A DNA stretch of 64,000 nucleotides from Dehalococcoidia bacterium (GTDB lineage: Bacteria > Chloroflexota > Dehalococcoidia > GIF9 > UBA5629). The DNA lies in NCBI GenBank assembly GCA_003142375.1, contig PLME01000005.1, positions 114,582 through 178,581 of the forward strand, written 5' to 3'. The notes under the pieces are model-generated. The model searched no databases. It was not told the origin of the DNA and worked only from the letters and a program-made list of their open reading frames with translations. A program made the translations under genes and the position numbers. Below are positions 36,741 through 47,000 of this stretch, one piece after another (within the stretch, counting starts at the first letter, position 1; each line of letters opens with the position of its first letter).

Positions 36741-37418
36741 TTATGAAATCTCCCTTACGGCGCTCCAAATAGTTGACTGCAAGGCAGGCAGCGTATTGGT
36801 ACCGTCAATTATGGTAAAACCGTATTGCTTTGCCAAACTTAGATATAACTCTCTCCGTTCGCTTAGGTGAGTTATAGAAGGTATGTCGTCCTTGCGTTTT
36901 ATAGCCACCTCCTCCGGTGCATCTATAAGTAACACCAAAGATGGTTTAGGGAGCAACCGCTCAAAAGCCCTGAGCATGTAGCTCATTTTTCTCTCTGTGT
37001 AGGAAAGAACAACCGCCAAATCAATAAGTACATCGTAAACGTAACGGTCACTCACGACGCTCGCTCCCCGCATCATTGGGATGCGAACATTCAACAGAAG
37101 TTGGATAGCATAATCGAGACAAAAAATAGATTCGTACACGGTTCTCATTAATGGATTACGCAGCACCTTTCTTAGCGTCGTGGAATAACGCATGTAGGTT
37201 CCCGGCGTTGGCTCATGACGGGGGATGAATAATGCCTTCCCTACCCAGAAAAATGGCTTAAGTATCATTGGTTCAAGCCCGCTCCATACATACTTCGTCT
37301 TAATGCCATGCTCATTCATATTTTCAACCAGTTTTTTGGAAAGCGTCGATTTACCGGTTCCATCCATTCCAACAAGGCATACCAGAATTCCCTTCTGTCT
37401 GCTGTTTGTTACCATCAT
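36741..37418 (-). CDS. P-loop kinase-like protein (thymidylate-kinase-like fold)
   Basis: Walker A VCLVGMDGTGKST near the N-terminus. About 225 aa. Substrate unknown. Confidence 0.4.
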   Translation of the reverse strand: MMVTNSRQKGILVCLVGMDGTGKSTLSKKLVENMNEHGIKTKYVWSGLEPMILKPFFWVGKALFIPRHEPTPGTYMRYSTTLRKVLRNPLMRTVYESIFCLDYAIQLLLNVRIPMMRGASVVSDRYVYDVLIDLAVVLSYTERKMSYMLRAFERLLPKPSLVLLIDAPEEVAIKRKDDIPSITHLSERRELYLSLAKQYGFTIIDGTNTLPALQSTIWSAVREIS

Positions 37419-38404
37419 TTCCTTAATAATTCACTATATACATGGTTCAGCTCGACGGCGATGTTTTTCCATGAATACGGCAATACTTTTTCTCGAGTTT
37501 TAATCTGCGTTCCGGCTTTCACCTTCGCCAGCAGGCCGATGAAATCCTCTCCATTCTCGGCGTACCAGAGACCATTTCCTTCGGGGAATATTCGCGGAAG
37601 TGCCCCATATCGGGTGCACAGGACAGTCAAATTGCACGACATAGCTTCCATAACTGAAAGTGGCGTCTCAATGCTGCCCAGCTTGTCGATGGTGGGAAAA
37701 ACATAGCAGTCGGCCAGGGCATAAAGCTCCTCAATGTTTTCAAAGTATTTCCTCCAGACAAGACACCCGCCAGCAACCAGCTTCTGATGCACTTCGTTTT
37801 CCTCACCGCTTGTTACACCGCCGACTATTATGGTTTGGACATCAGGGTCTCGATTTAAGTCATTGAGTATCGTCACATTTCTATTCATTTTGATATGGCC
37901 AATACACAGGACAATGAACTTCTGCCCGGGTAGATCATATTTATTTCTTAATGCTTGCTTTTTATCACCCGTCACAGGGGTAAACTTTTCGATATCAACA
38001 CCGGGGGGCAGGAATTTGACCCGGCAGCCGTAATTCACGAACAGCCTCTCTGATTCATAAGATTGAGTCAACACCATGTCAGGCTTGAAAAGCGGTATTA
38101 GCCTCCTTGATAAACTGGAAAATATCGGTTGTGTAGTAGATGCTACAGTCCTGGCACCGGTGAAAAACCTGACCATCTTTAATAGGGCTAGGCTTTTGAT
38201 GGTTGGCCCGGGTATAACATGGATGATGTCAGGATGAAATCTTCTTATCCCTTGCCAGAAGTCCGATAGCGGTAAAACAGACGGGGAGATCTTCAGGTGC
38301 AGGACATCATGTTGTTCGGCCAATTGGCGACAGAGGTGAAAAGCGATGTTGCCCATCCCTTCGTCAAGGCGATCACTGTAGGGGCTCAGCAAACAAATCC
38401 TCAT
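37415..38404 (-). CDS. GT-B fold glycosyltransferase (GT4-like)
   Basis: N-terminal Rossmann half-domain and C-terminal GGV.SGEENE-like donor-binding region. Overlaps the neighbouring gene by 4 nt. Confidence 0.5.
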   Translation of the reverse strand: MRICLLSPYSDRLDEGMGNIAFHLCRQLAEQHDVLHLKISPSVLPLSDFWQGIRRFHPDIIHVIPGPTIKSLALLKMVRFFTGARTVASTTQPIFSSLSRRLIPLFKPDMVLTQSYESERLFVNYGCRVKFLPPGVDIEKFTPVTGDKKQALRNKYDLPGQKFIVLCIGHIKMNRNVTILNDLNRDPDVQTIIVGGVTSGEENEVHQKLVAGGCLVWRKYFENIEELYALADCYVFPTIDKLGSIETPLSVMEAMSCNLTVLCTRYGALPRIFPEGNGLWYAENGEDFIGLLAKVKAGTQIKTREKVLPYSWKNIAVELNHVYSELLRK

Positions 38405-38409
38405 ATCAG

Positions 38410-39594
38410 TTATCTCAGCGCCATCTCGTAAATCTTCTCAACTTTTTTTGCGATGTTTTCCCATGAATAATCCCTGATACTGGCCCTGGCATTCTCACCC
38501 ATTTCCTGTCTTAAAGCAGCATCAGATAGAAGTCGGTTTATGGTCTCTGCCAGGGAGTCTATATCCCCCAGTTTGGCTACCAGGCCATTGTATCCATCTT
38601 TTATGAAGGCCCGGAATGTTTCCAGGGAGCTGACTACGATGGGCAATCCTGCGGCGGCCGCTTCCAAGAGAACTATGCCGAACGACTCTGTCCTTCCGGT
38701 AGAGGGAAGGGCGAATATATCTGCAGCACCATAATAAGATGCCGTTGTATCGTAGGGTACCGCTCCCACGAGCTTTATTGCGTGGTTTACACGAAGGTCA
38801 TTGGCAAGGCGTTCTAAATCTCCCCGCAGCGGGCCATCGCCGACAAACACCAGTCTGGCATCGGGGTTTTTTTCAATAATCGTGGGCATGGCTTTTATGA
38901 GAAGGTCAGGGCTTTTATAGTTGATCAATGCGCCAACGAACAAGATTATTTTTTCGTCCTTGTGCAACGATAGTTTATTTCTACATTCTTCTTTTGAATA
39001 ATGCATCCTATATTCATCGGCGTTTATACCCGGGGGGATAGCGATGATCTTCTCCCGGTATTTGGGTAGAAAACGAGATATAGGGATATAGTGAACGGAG
39101 TTACAGGTGATAACCCTGGCCCTGGATAGAATCGTGGGCACAATGAACCTGTCCAATAGGCTTAGTCCTGCTTTGCGTATCAAATTTCCATAACTAGGAT
39201 TTGCGTCACCGTGATAGGTGACAACGAGGGGTTTTCTTTTCATCTGGGTATAGAATAGGCTGGCAAGCTCAGCGGGCGGCAGGGCGTAGTGCAGGTGAAC
39301 TATATCTACATCTTGCTGCAGTGATCTAGGGAACATGCCAAAGGAGAAGAACGCTTTATCTATCTTAAGATTTATCCCATAGCGATATACTTTGATGCCG
39401 TCCTCTTCTGAGAAATGGTTTTTGGAATCTACGGAAGTAGTAAAAACAACTATATCATGTCCCAGTTTTGCCATCTGGTGGGCCAGGTGATACGCCCATA
39501 CCTCCGCTCCCCCAACCGGATAACAGCGATATACTTCTGGATCCGTAAATGATTCCGGGTACGGGAAAGGAGTAATAAAATACCCTATTTTCAA
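38410..39594 (-). CDS. glycosyltransferase family 4
   Basis: E-x7-E motif (ESFGIVLLEAAAAGLPIV). GT4 architecture. TTG start overlapping the upstream TGA. Confidence 0.8.
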   Translation of the reverse strand: MKIGYFITPFPYPESFTDPEVYRCYPVGGAEVWAYHLAHQMAKLGHDIVVFTTSVDSKNHFSEEDGIKVYRYGINLKIDKAFFSFGMFPRSLQQDVDIVHLHYALPPAELASLFYTQMKRKPLVVTYHGDANPSYGNLIRKAGLSLLDRFIVPTILSRARVITCNSVHYIPISRFLPKYREKIIAIPPGINADEYRMHYSKEECRNKLSLHKDEKIILFVGALINYKSPDLLIKAMPTIIEKNPDARLVFVGDGPLRGDLERLANDLRVNHAIKLVGAVPYDTTASYYGAADIFALPSTGRTESFGIVLLEAAAAGLPIVVSSLETFRAFIKDGYNGLVAKLGDIDSLAETINRLLSDAALRQEMGENARASIRDYSWENIAKKVEKIYEMALR

Positions 39595-40709
39595 TGAAGG
39601 AGTTCCCCGTATAGGTGCATTACTTTCTGCGCAATCCGCTCCCAGCTATATTGTTCGGCATTCTTCCTAGCCGCCTGGCTCATCTTTTCACGCAAACTGC
39701 TATCAGTCAAAATGGTATTTATAGCATCAGCCAGCATGACTGAGTCCCTGGGCTTAAAACTAATCCCGCATTCATCAGTAACAAGTTCTCTGAGCCAGGG
39801 GAAATCTGAGAAGATTACAGGAGTACCGCAGGCCATCGCCTCTAGAGCAGAAATACCAAAATTCTCACCTCTCGTTATAGGCGGTAGAACATATGTATCG
39901 CTAATTTTATATAATTGTGGTAACTCTTCATGTGGTATTAAACCCAGGAACCTGATATTGGTTATATTTTGTTCCTCTATTATTCTTTTCAGATGCTGTT
40001 CTTCCTGACCTTTACCAGCGATCACCAGGGTACCGGCTTTGACATATTTCATGGCTCTGATTAGGTACTCTAAACCTTTGTATTTAACAAATCTGCCTGC
40101 GAAGAAGACAATGTTCTCCGCCGGCAACTGATATTTCTCTCTGATATGGCCTTCTTCTACTGATGGATTGAAACGTTCCAGGTCAACACCATTCGGTACC
40201 ACTTCAATCTTACTCAGGTAATGTTTCAGCACCGGGGAGGTTTCCGCATACGATATGCTGGTTGCCGTTACTATGCTTGCACTGGATACCGCAAAGGGGT
40301 TTATAAAACGATTATAGACGGCAGCAAATAAACTCCCTATAGCAGACTCAGCGTTGCCATCAAACTGGTAATCAAAGACGCATGGTTTATTGTTGCGCGC
40401 GGCGTACATTATAGCTATATCAGATACTCCGGGAAGAGTTCCATGGGCATGAACGATGTCGGGATTCACAGATGCAAGACATCGATAATATGCCGGCATG
40501 ATAGGTACCTTGAAAATTGTAAAAAGGGAACGGGTTCTTATCTCCTCAATCCCATCGCTTATATCCCTGCAGGGACTGCCCGGTGGTCTGGATACAACTA
40601 CACTAACTTTATGCCCCGCACGTATAGATTCATTGGCAAGATACCTTATATAACGTTCGATGCCACCTTCAGTAAGGGAGAAATCCTTGAAACAATGGCA
40701 GATGTGCAT
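39591..40709 (-). CDS. glycosyltransferase family 4
   Basis: ENFGISALEAMACGTPVI (E-x7-E), with KYKG and GKG motifs. Confidence 0.8.
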   Translation of the reverse strand: MHICHCFKDFSLTEGGIERYIRYLANESIRAGHKVSVVVSRPPGSPCRDISDGIEEIRTRSLFTIFKVPIMPAYYRCLASVNPDIVHAHGTLPGVSDIAIMYAARNNKPCVFDYQFDGNAESAIGSLFAAVYNRFINPFAVSSASIVTATSISYAETSPVLKHYLSKIEVVPNGVDLERFNPSVEEGHIREKYQLPAENIVFFAGRFVKYKGLEYLIRAMKYVKAGTLVIAGKGQEEQHLKRIIEEQNITNIRFLGLIPHEELPQLYKISDTYVLPPITRGENFGISALEAMACGTPVIFSDFPWLRELVTDECGISFKPRDSVMLADAINTILTDSSLREKMSQAARKNAEQYSWERIAQKVMHLYGELLH

Positions 40710-40764
40710 TAGTTTTTCCCCTAGTCTAGGTTAATACTTGATGGCTCTGAAATTGACGATATAT

Positions 40765-41550
40765 TCAAGCCTTCACATTTCTGGCACTTAGTGCTGATAA
40801 ACTCTTGATTAAAAAGTCAACCATTAAAAATGGTATTCCCAGCGTGCAGTAAAAAAGCAAAGGCCTATATTTTCTTGTTGCATTCATGATGACCTGTAGA
40901 AATTTATATCCATCTTTTATACTGCTTAATTTGCTATTACCCGCGCGCCTGGCATAGTCAATCGGGATTTCGGCATAAGTGTACCCTACGAAAAGTGCGA
41001 TAACGCTCATTGCCGGCGTGAAATTCAAGCCATTTGGCAAGCCATTCAACCATGGCACCAGTGCTATATTGAAGATCCTCAATCCACTGGCGCTGTCAGT
41101 TATTTTTTTCCGTGTATATAACGATATGAGCAGGACAAATAATTTATTTCCGACTCGGCGTATGATTGGCATGCCAACATTGTGTCCTAAAAAGCGTGAA
41201 CCAACAACGATGTCATAATTACCTGTTTTACACAAATTATAGAGCTCTGGGATTTTCTCAGGTGGATAAGTTCCATCAGCATCGAGGAACGCAATATATT
41301 TAATCATGCGTTCAGGAGTTGCTTCTTGGGAGAACCCTACTTTAAGGGCACCTGCATAATTTAGATTAATTGGATTGTCAATTACCCGAGCACCACAATC
41401 TCTGGCTATCTGTGCTGTTTTATCTATGCTGCAGTCATTGACAATTATCAGTTCAGCTTCCGGGCAAACCTTATGAACGCGATCGATGACATCTTTTATT
41501 CCCGCCTCTTCATTATATGCGGGTATTACAATCCTGAGATCCTGCATCAC
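40765..41550 (-). CDS. GT2 family glycosyltransferase (polyprenyl-phosphate sugar synthase, Dpm1/ArnC-like)
   Basis: IVIPAYNEE ... VNDCSIDKT ... FLDADGT (DxD). 261 aa with a C-terminal TM helix pair, as in DPM1/ArnC-type enzymes. Confidence 0.7.
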   Translation of the reverse strand: MMQDLRIVIPAYNEEAGIKDVIDRVHKVCPEAELIIVNDCSIDKTAQIARDCGARVIDNPINLNYAGALKVGFSQEATPERMIKYIAFLDADGTYPPEKIPELYNLCKTGNYDIVVGSRFLGHNVGMPIIRRVGNKLFVLLISLYTRKKITDSASGLRIFNIALVPWLNGLPNGLNFTPAMSVIALFVGYTYAEIPIDYARRAGNSKLSSIKDGYKFLQVIMNATRKYRPLLFYCTLGIPFLMVDFLIKSLSALSARNVKA

Positions 41551-41576
41551 GCATTATACAAATATATTAGGTTGTA

Positions 41577-42836
41577 TTACCAGCAGATGCCTTCGTATAT
41601 TCGGGCTTCTCTGGCTTTAAGGACCCGCCTGCCATCTATGACTATCTTGCCCCGGTAATCCAGGTTATTGAACTCATCCCACTCAGTTAATATCATTACG
41701 GCATCAGCGTTTAGTACTTCATCAGCCGTGGCATATTTTACTGAGTCGGGGAATACTTTCCGAAAATTGGGCATTGCCTGGGGGTCATACGCGGTAACTT
41801 TGGCTCCCTCTTCTTGCAGGGCATGTATTATTTCGATGGCCTTCGATTTCCTGATGTCATCGGTATCCGCTTTAAAGGCTAATCCCAGAATGCCAATAGT
41901 CGCGCCTTTCAATACCGGTATATGCTTTTTAAGTAGGGTCAACATTCTCACAGGTTGATTAATGTTAAGCCTCTGGACCTCTTCCAGGATTCCTGCACGG
42001 TAATTAGCATCCTTTGCACTTGATATTAATGCCGATAAATCCTTGGGCAGGCAGAATCCACCGAAGCCTATACCGGCATTCAGGTAGTCTTTACCAATGC
42101 GGGCGTCAAGGCCCATCCCTTTAGCCACCTCATAAACATCCATCCCCATGCTCTTGCATATATTGCCTATTTCATTAATAAAGGAAACCCGGGTTGCCAG
42201 GTAGGCGTTGGATGCCTGCTTTATCATCTCAGCGGTGCTGAAGTCAGTCCTCATAATAGGAGCGTTGTAATCTTTATAGACATCGGCGAGCATGTCGCCC
42301 CATTTATTTTCTTTCTCGCCGATGACAATCCGGCTGGGTTTCATAAAATCCTCGACCGCAGTTCCTTCCCGTAAAAACTCCGGGTTTACACATATCCCCA
42401 CGTGTTCATTATGGTTTAAAACCGGTACGATAACTTTCTCAGTAGTGCCGGGGACAACGGTACTTCTTACCACCACAAGGTGATCTCCTATCTTTTCTTT
42501 CAGCACTGCTCTCAATTGCTTAGCAGGCTCTTCCAGGAAAAAGAGATCGATTGAGCCATCCGCTTTTGGCGGCGTACCGCCGCAGAGAAAGGTAATATCC
42601 GTGTCTAAAGCCTGCCTGTGGTCCGCTGTAGCAATTAAGTTAACCTCTTTTAATGCACAGCTCAGCCCCTCTTCAAAGATGGGGCAGGTACCTTCGTTTA
42701 TTTTCCGTACTTTCTCCGGATCGATATCGATCCCTATAACTTTGTGGCCTTTCAGCGCAAAGCCAACTGCAGTGGTTAGGCCCACAACACCCAATCCGAT
42801 TACGCTGATTGTCTTTTTGCCATTAGTCCTGGTCAT
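41577..42836 (-). CDS. nucleotide-sugar dehydrogenase (UDP-glucose 6-dehydrogenase family)
   Basis: N-terminal NAD fold ISVIGLGVVGLTTAVGFA. Catalytic-Cys motif GFGGFCLPKD. 419 aa. Confidence 0.8.
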   Translation of the reverse strand: MTRTNGKKTISVIGLGVVGLTTAVGFALKGHKVIGIDIDPEKVRKINEGTCPIFEEGLSCALKEVNLIATADHRQALDTDITFLCGGTPPKADGSIDLFFLEEPAKQLRAVLKEKIGDHLVVVRSTVVPGTTEKVIVPVLNHNEHVGICVNPEFLREGTAVEDFMKPSRIVIGEKENKWGDMLADVYKDYNAPIMRTDFSTAEMIKQASNAYLATRVSFINEIGNICKSMGMDVYEVAKGMGLDARIGKDYLNAGIGFGGFCLPKDLSALISSAKDANYRAGILEEVQRLNINQPVRMLTLLKKHIPVLKGATIGILGLAFKADTDDIRKSKAIEIIHALQEEGAKVTAYDPQAMPNFRKVFPDSVKYATADEVLNADAVMILTEWDEFNNLDYRGKIVIDGRRVLKAREARIYEGICW

Positions 42837-43116
42837 CTGTTACCCCCAATGATTTTTAAGTGATATATATCTGTGTACTATTTATAAGCCCGACGCATTC
42901 AGAATCTAAGGCTTTTAATACTACATGCCCCTGCCTGCCCTGTCAACTGCATTTTCATAACTAAACATCACTTTTCAAACAAGTAACATAGGACTAATTG
43001 GCTATTCAATCAGTACTATTGGGTGATTCACATTGTAGCTAGAGTGATATAAAGTAATCATATAGCATTATTAAGTGCAATTTGATGATTTAAAGGATGA
43101 TTAAAGAGGTAACAAG

Positions 43117-43326
43117 ATGAAAAATAATGGGAATACTAAATTAATGTTTACAACACGTGAACTGGCCAAATTCCTGAATGTCCACATTAATACCGTAAGG
43201 AGATGGAGCGATCAGGGGATAATAAAGTCTTACCGTATTGGGCCGCGCGGTGACCGACGCTTTTCCAAGGATGACGTGCTTATCTTCCTTAGCCATACTC
43301 AAGACCAATCCGGAGTCAAAGTTTGA
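43117..43326 (+). CDS. excisionase-family (MerR-like) HTH DNA-binding protein
   Basis: LMFTTRELAKFLNVHINTVRRWSDQGIIKSYRIGPRGDRRFSKDDV matches the 'HTH, excisionase family' consensus. AAAGAGG RBS. Confidence 0.7.
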   Translation: MKNNGNTKLMFTTRELAKFLNVHINTVRRWSDQGIIKSYRIGPRGDRRFSKDDVLIFLSHTQDQSGVKV

Positions 43327-43350
43327 TCTATAAGTCTCGATAATATAAAA

Positions 43351-43384
43351 CTCCGCCATGGCTTGGCAGGCTTCGCTGGCGGAG
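43351..43384. repeat. inverted repeat CTCCGCCAT-N16-CTGGCGGAG, copy 3, directly 3' of the excisionase-family gene
   Basis: About 125 bp (43330..43470) align with 31715..31850, including the loop, GGGAGAAAACCCGTG and ATTCTAACAAAGCTTCA. Confidence 0.55.
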
Positions 43385-43518
43385 TCTGGCACAGGGAGAA
43401 AACCCGTGCTTGCCGTCTTATTCTAACAAAGCTTCATTGCCAACTCAATCAATATCAATCAGATTTACTACTGAACGAGGGATTGAGCGAGATATGCACA
43501 ATGGCATTTTACTTTGGG

Positions 43519-44634
43519 CTATTTAATGAGACGTTTCCCCATTAATTCTTGTTGTGCCTCCTGGGTTTTATCCATGGCTGGCTTGTCTTGTCCCCATTCA
43601 ATGAGTTCCCGCATGCCGTCTTCTAATTGAACTCTGGGAGCAAATCCCAGCCTCTGTTTTATTTTCGTGATATCCGCATAACAATGCCTAATGTCGCCAG
43701 TCCGGTATTTGCCAACTACAACCGGCTTAATATTCTTATTGCAGAGCTTTATCAGAACTTCGGCGATTCGGCTGACTGAAACACTCCGGCCGGCAGCAAC
43801 ATTGAAGGTTTCGTAATCAGCCTCTTTCTTGTTCAGGGCCAGTAGATTTGCCTGCACAATATCATGTACCGAAGTGAAATCCCTGAGTTGCCGGCCGTCC
43901 TCATATAGTAACGGTGGCTTATTATTTTTGATAAGTGACAGGAAAATGGCCGCTACTCCCGTATAAGGATTGGACATAGATTGCCGAGTCCCGTAGGTGC
44001 AAAAGAATCGCAGGGCAACTGTAGGAATCTTATAGGTTTTGCCAATAGTCAGGCACATTTCCTCAACATCGCGTTTACCTATTGCGTAAATGCTGGTAGG
44101 TGATAATGGCCTGCTTTCAGCCGTTGGAATGGGTTCAACTTTTTTTCCGCAATCAGGGCACTTCATTTCCCAATCCCTGGCTAGAAGTTGTTTCTCACTC
44201 CTCGGCTCCGGGTACACTACTCCACATGCAGCACAGCTATATGAGCCTTCACCATAGATTGTATTGGAGGATGCGACCACAAGCTTTTCTACATCATATT
44301 TGCCGCTTGCCAAAACTTCCAGGAGTTTAGCAGTGGCGAAGGTGTTGACATCAGTGTACTTTTCTATCTGGTACATCGATTGTGCGACACCCACCATGGC
44401 AGCAAAGTGAAAAATGACATCGATATTTTTAAGCGCCTTTTTCAGCGCTGGCTTACTCCTCACATCCGCGTTAATGAACTCGGCATCTTTATTGAGATAG
44501 TCAGGCACTTTATCATGCACTTGAGGCTCCAGGTTGTCGATAATCCTGACTTTATGGCCCTCATTTATTAAAGCATCAACCAGATGGCTGCCTATAAAAC
44601 CGGCTCCCCCGGTAACTAAAATCCGTTTTGGCAT
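43519..44634 (-). CDS. NAD-dependent NDP-sugar epimerase/dehydratase (extended SDR) with inserted Cys4 zinc ribbon
   Basis: TGGAGFIGSH Rossmann motif and YAIGK (YxxxK). About 45-aa insertion CAACGVVYPEP...CPDCGKK. Confidence 0.75.
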   Translation of the reverse strand: MPKRILVTGGAGFIGSHLVDALINEGHKVRIIDNLEPQVHDKVPDYLNKDAEFINADVRSKPALKKALKNIDVIFHFAAMVGVAQSMYQIEKYTDVNTFATAKLLEVLASGKYDVEKLVVASSNTIYGEGSYSCAACGVVYPEPRSEKQLLARDWEMKCPDCGKKVEPIPTAESRPLSPTSIYAIGKRDVEEMCLTIGKTYKIPTVALRFFCTYGTRQSMSNPYTGVAAIFLSLIKNNKPPLLYEDGRQLRDFTSVHDIVQANLLALNKKEADYETFNVAAGRSVSVSRIAEVLIKLCNKNIKPVVVGKYRTGDIRHCYADITKIKQRLGFAPRVQLEDGMRELIEWGQDKPAMDKTQEAQQELMGKRLIK

Positions 44635-44647
44635 ATCCCTTTTCCCA

Positions 44648-45595
44648 TTATCGATTATTCAAGGTGCTTTTGAACCAGTTCACTGTTTTAGTTAAACCTT
44701 CTTTTAAATCAACCTTTGGAACCCATCCTAAAATAGTCTGTGCCCTGCCGATATCCGGTCTCCGCCGTTTGGGATCATCCCCGGGCAGAGGTTGGAATAT
44801 TATTTTATTGGATGTACCTGTGATATCTTTGATGACCTGCCCCAGCTCCAGCATATTTTTTTCATTTGGGTTGCCGAGATTTATCGGATCACTGTAATTG
44901 GCGTTCATCAGCCTGTAAATGCCGTCGATCAGGTCAGAAACATAGCAGAAGCTGCGCGTCTGTTTGCCGTCGCCAAAGATAGTCATCGGCTGGCCCGTCA
45001 AAGCCTGGGTAATCAGGTTGGGAACTACCCGGCCGTCCTCGTTTTTCATCCTGGGCCCATAGGTATTGAATATCCTGACGATGCATGTATCCACACCCAG
45101 TTTACGGTGGAAAGCCATGGTAAGCGCTTCGGCAAACCTCTTGGACTCATCATACATCGAACGGGGACCTACAGGGTTTACATTGCCCCAGTATTCCTCT
45201 TTCTGCGGGTTCTGCAGTGGATCGCCGTAGACCTCGGATGTAGACGCCATCATAAATTTGGCCCTTTTCCGGTGTGCCAGTTCCAGCGCATTCAAGGTAC
45301 CCAGAGAGCCAACTTTTAAGGTTTCAATGGGCAGTCTGGCATAGTCGACCGGGCTGGCCAGGCTGGCGAAATGCAATACGAAATCAACTTTGCCACGGAT
45401 TTTTAGGTTTTCGCTGACGTCAGTCTGTATGAATTTGAATAATTTATTGTTTGACAGGTGTTCGATGTTGGCAAGCCGGCCGGTGATAAGGTTGTCCACG
45501 CAGACAACCCTATAGCTATGTTCAAGTAAGAAATCGCAGAGATGGGAACCAAGGAACCCTGCGCCGCCGGTGATGACTACAATCTGTCGCTCCAT
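44648..45595 (-). CDS. UDP-glucuronate decarboxylase (UDP-xylose synthase)
   Basis: [16 protein letters not shown]...[18 protein letters not shown] closely follows the UXS consensus. YxxxK is present. The track ORF extends to 45715, but the ATG of [11 protein letters not shown] is at 45595. Confidence 0.75.
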   Translation of the reverse strand: MERQIVVITGGAGFLGSHLCDFLLEHSYRVVCVDNLITGRLANIEHLSNNKLFKFIQTDVSENLKIRGKVDFVLHFASLASPVDYARLPIETLKVGSLGTLNALELAHRKRAKFMMASTSEVYGDPLQNPQKEEYWGNVNPVGPRSMYDESKRFAEALTMAFHRKLGVDTCIVRIFNTYGPRMKNEDGRVVPNLITQALTGQPMTIFGDGKQTRSFCYVSDLIDGIYRLMNANYSDPINLGNPNEKNMLELGQVIKDITGTSNKIIFQPLPGDDPKRRRPDIGRAQTILGWVPKVDLKEGLTKTVNWFKSTLNNR

Positions 45596-45638
45596 TCCAG
45601 CCCTCCGGTTTTGCATTATTCTCTCATATACTAATAGT

Positions 45639-47000
45639 CTATTGCCAAACGCCCCTGTTGAGGTCCAGCGTGACATTATTGTCTGGCGGCGGCAGGTCTT
45701 TCCATAGGCTGTCAACCAGGTCCTTCCTGAGCTCGACGCCTATCCATGCCATCGGGCTCAGTCCGTTTTCCTGTATGGCCGGCTGTCCGGCTGGCAGTTT
45801 TTCGTCCCCGGCCATATGGGCTACAACAGCGCGGGCCACCTGTGCGGCCAGCTTCTGCGCCTCGGCGCCGTCCACACCGTATGAAGCAATCATACTCGCG
45901 GCTGTCGCCGCCACGCCATTCTCCAGCTGTGCCTCGGCATATCCTTGTAAATCGCTCGGGTGGGATGCTATAGATTGTATGTGCGCCGTGCGTATGGCGG
46001 CTTTTTGTGCCCCGTCGATATTTATCACCCGGTAGGGGCAGGGAAAGGTGATTAGCGAGCCGGTTTCCACATCGAAGAGGAATTTACTTGTATCCGGCCA
46101 GGCTCTCTCCGTGATGTCCTGCGCATGGAAGTGCCCGGTGAATACCAGGCGTACATTATATGCGGCCAATAATCTGGATACCGCCTGATAATTTTCTATT
46201 ACGTATTCCGGGAAGTTCCTGGCCTGCCCATCGAAATGCTCGGTCACCGGATGATGCTCCATGGCGATCACAGCTTTGCCGGCCCTGGCCGCCTTGGCCA
46301 GCACCTCCTCTATCCATCCCAGCGTCTGCGGGCTGAACCTGCCTGCCGTGACCGTTTCCTCTTCCCCTACCTTGCCTTGGTAACGGCATGAGTCCAGGGC
46401 CAGCAGCCAGAGCCCTTCCTGGGGCTCGGCCACGTAGCTGAGCGAGGCAGAGTCCCGGTAAAGGGCATCTTTATACCCGAAGTCACCGTAAATCTGCGCA
46501 AATTCTTCAGCCGTGATATTGCGGATGCGCAGCGCAATATCGCCCGCATATCTGACGGCATTGGCGTTGTCGATATCATGGTTGCCGGGTACGACGTAAA
46601 CCTTTTTACCGCTTGCTTGCAACTGCTCCAAATACTGCACAACAAGCTCGTGGGAGGAGCGGTCGCCATGATCGGTCAGATCGCCGGGCACTAGTACGAA
46701 GCTGACATTTTCACTATTTATCTGCCCGACTGCCGTCTGCAATATCTCGGCGCTTTCTTTGATCAGCTTATAGTCCCCCGCAACGTAATTCTCAAAGGCC
46801 TTGCCGTCCGTGCCAAGATCAGGATTGTAGGTATGCAGATCAGTCATTACTGCGAAATTTACCTGGGGATAGGCAGGAGGCTTATCCAGAAGTGCCTTTA
46901 GGGTGGGATCCGTCTCATGACTTAACGGCTGCTGCGCGATGCAGCCAATATCAACCAGCATCAGAAGGACAATAAGGGCCAGGTAAACTATTCTCGTCAT
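45639..47000 (-). CDS. secreted calcineurin-like metallophosphoesterase
   Basis: Signal peptide (lipobox-like DIGC). Motifs [19 protein letters not shown]. Confidence 0.7.
   Translation of the reverse strand: MTRIVYLALIVLLMLVDIGCIAQQPLSHETDPTLKALLDKPPAYPQVNFAVMTDLHTYNPDLGTDGKAFENYVAGDYKLIKESAEILQTAVGQINSENVSFVLVPGDLTDHGDRSSHELVVQYLEQLQASGKKVYVVPGNHDIDNANAVRYAGDIALRIRNITAEEFAQIYGDFGYKDALYRDSASLSYVAEPQEGLWLLALDSCRYQGKVGEEETVTAGRFSPQTLGWIEEVLAKAARAGKAVIAMEHHPVTEHFDGQARNFPEYVIENYQAVSRLLAAYNVRLVFTGHFHAQDITERAWPDTSKFLFDVETGSLITFPCPYRVINIDGAQKAAIRTAHIQSIASHPSDLQGYAEAQLENGVAATAASMIASYGVDGAEAQKLAAQVARAVVAHMAGDEKLPAGQPAIQENGLSPMAWIGVELRKDLVDSLWKDLPPPDNNVTLDLNRGVWQ

Noticed and set aside
43117-43326. 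Calling the HTH protein a functional phage excisionase (Xis)
   Set aside because: Only the DNA-binding family is recognisable. No integrase partner is present, and the duplicated downstream palindrome suggests a transcription-regulator role instead. Function is left open.
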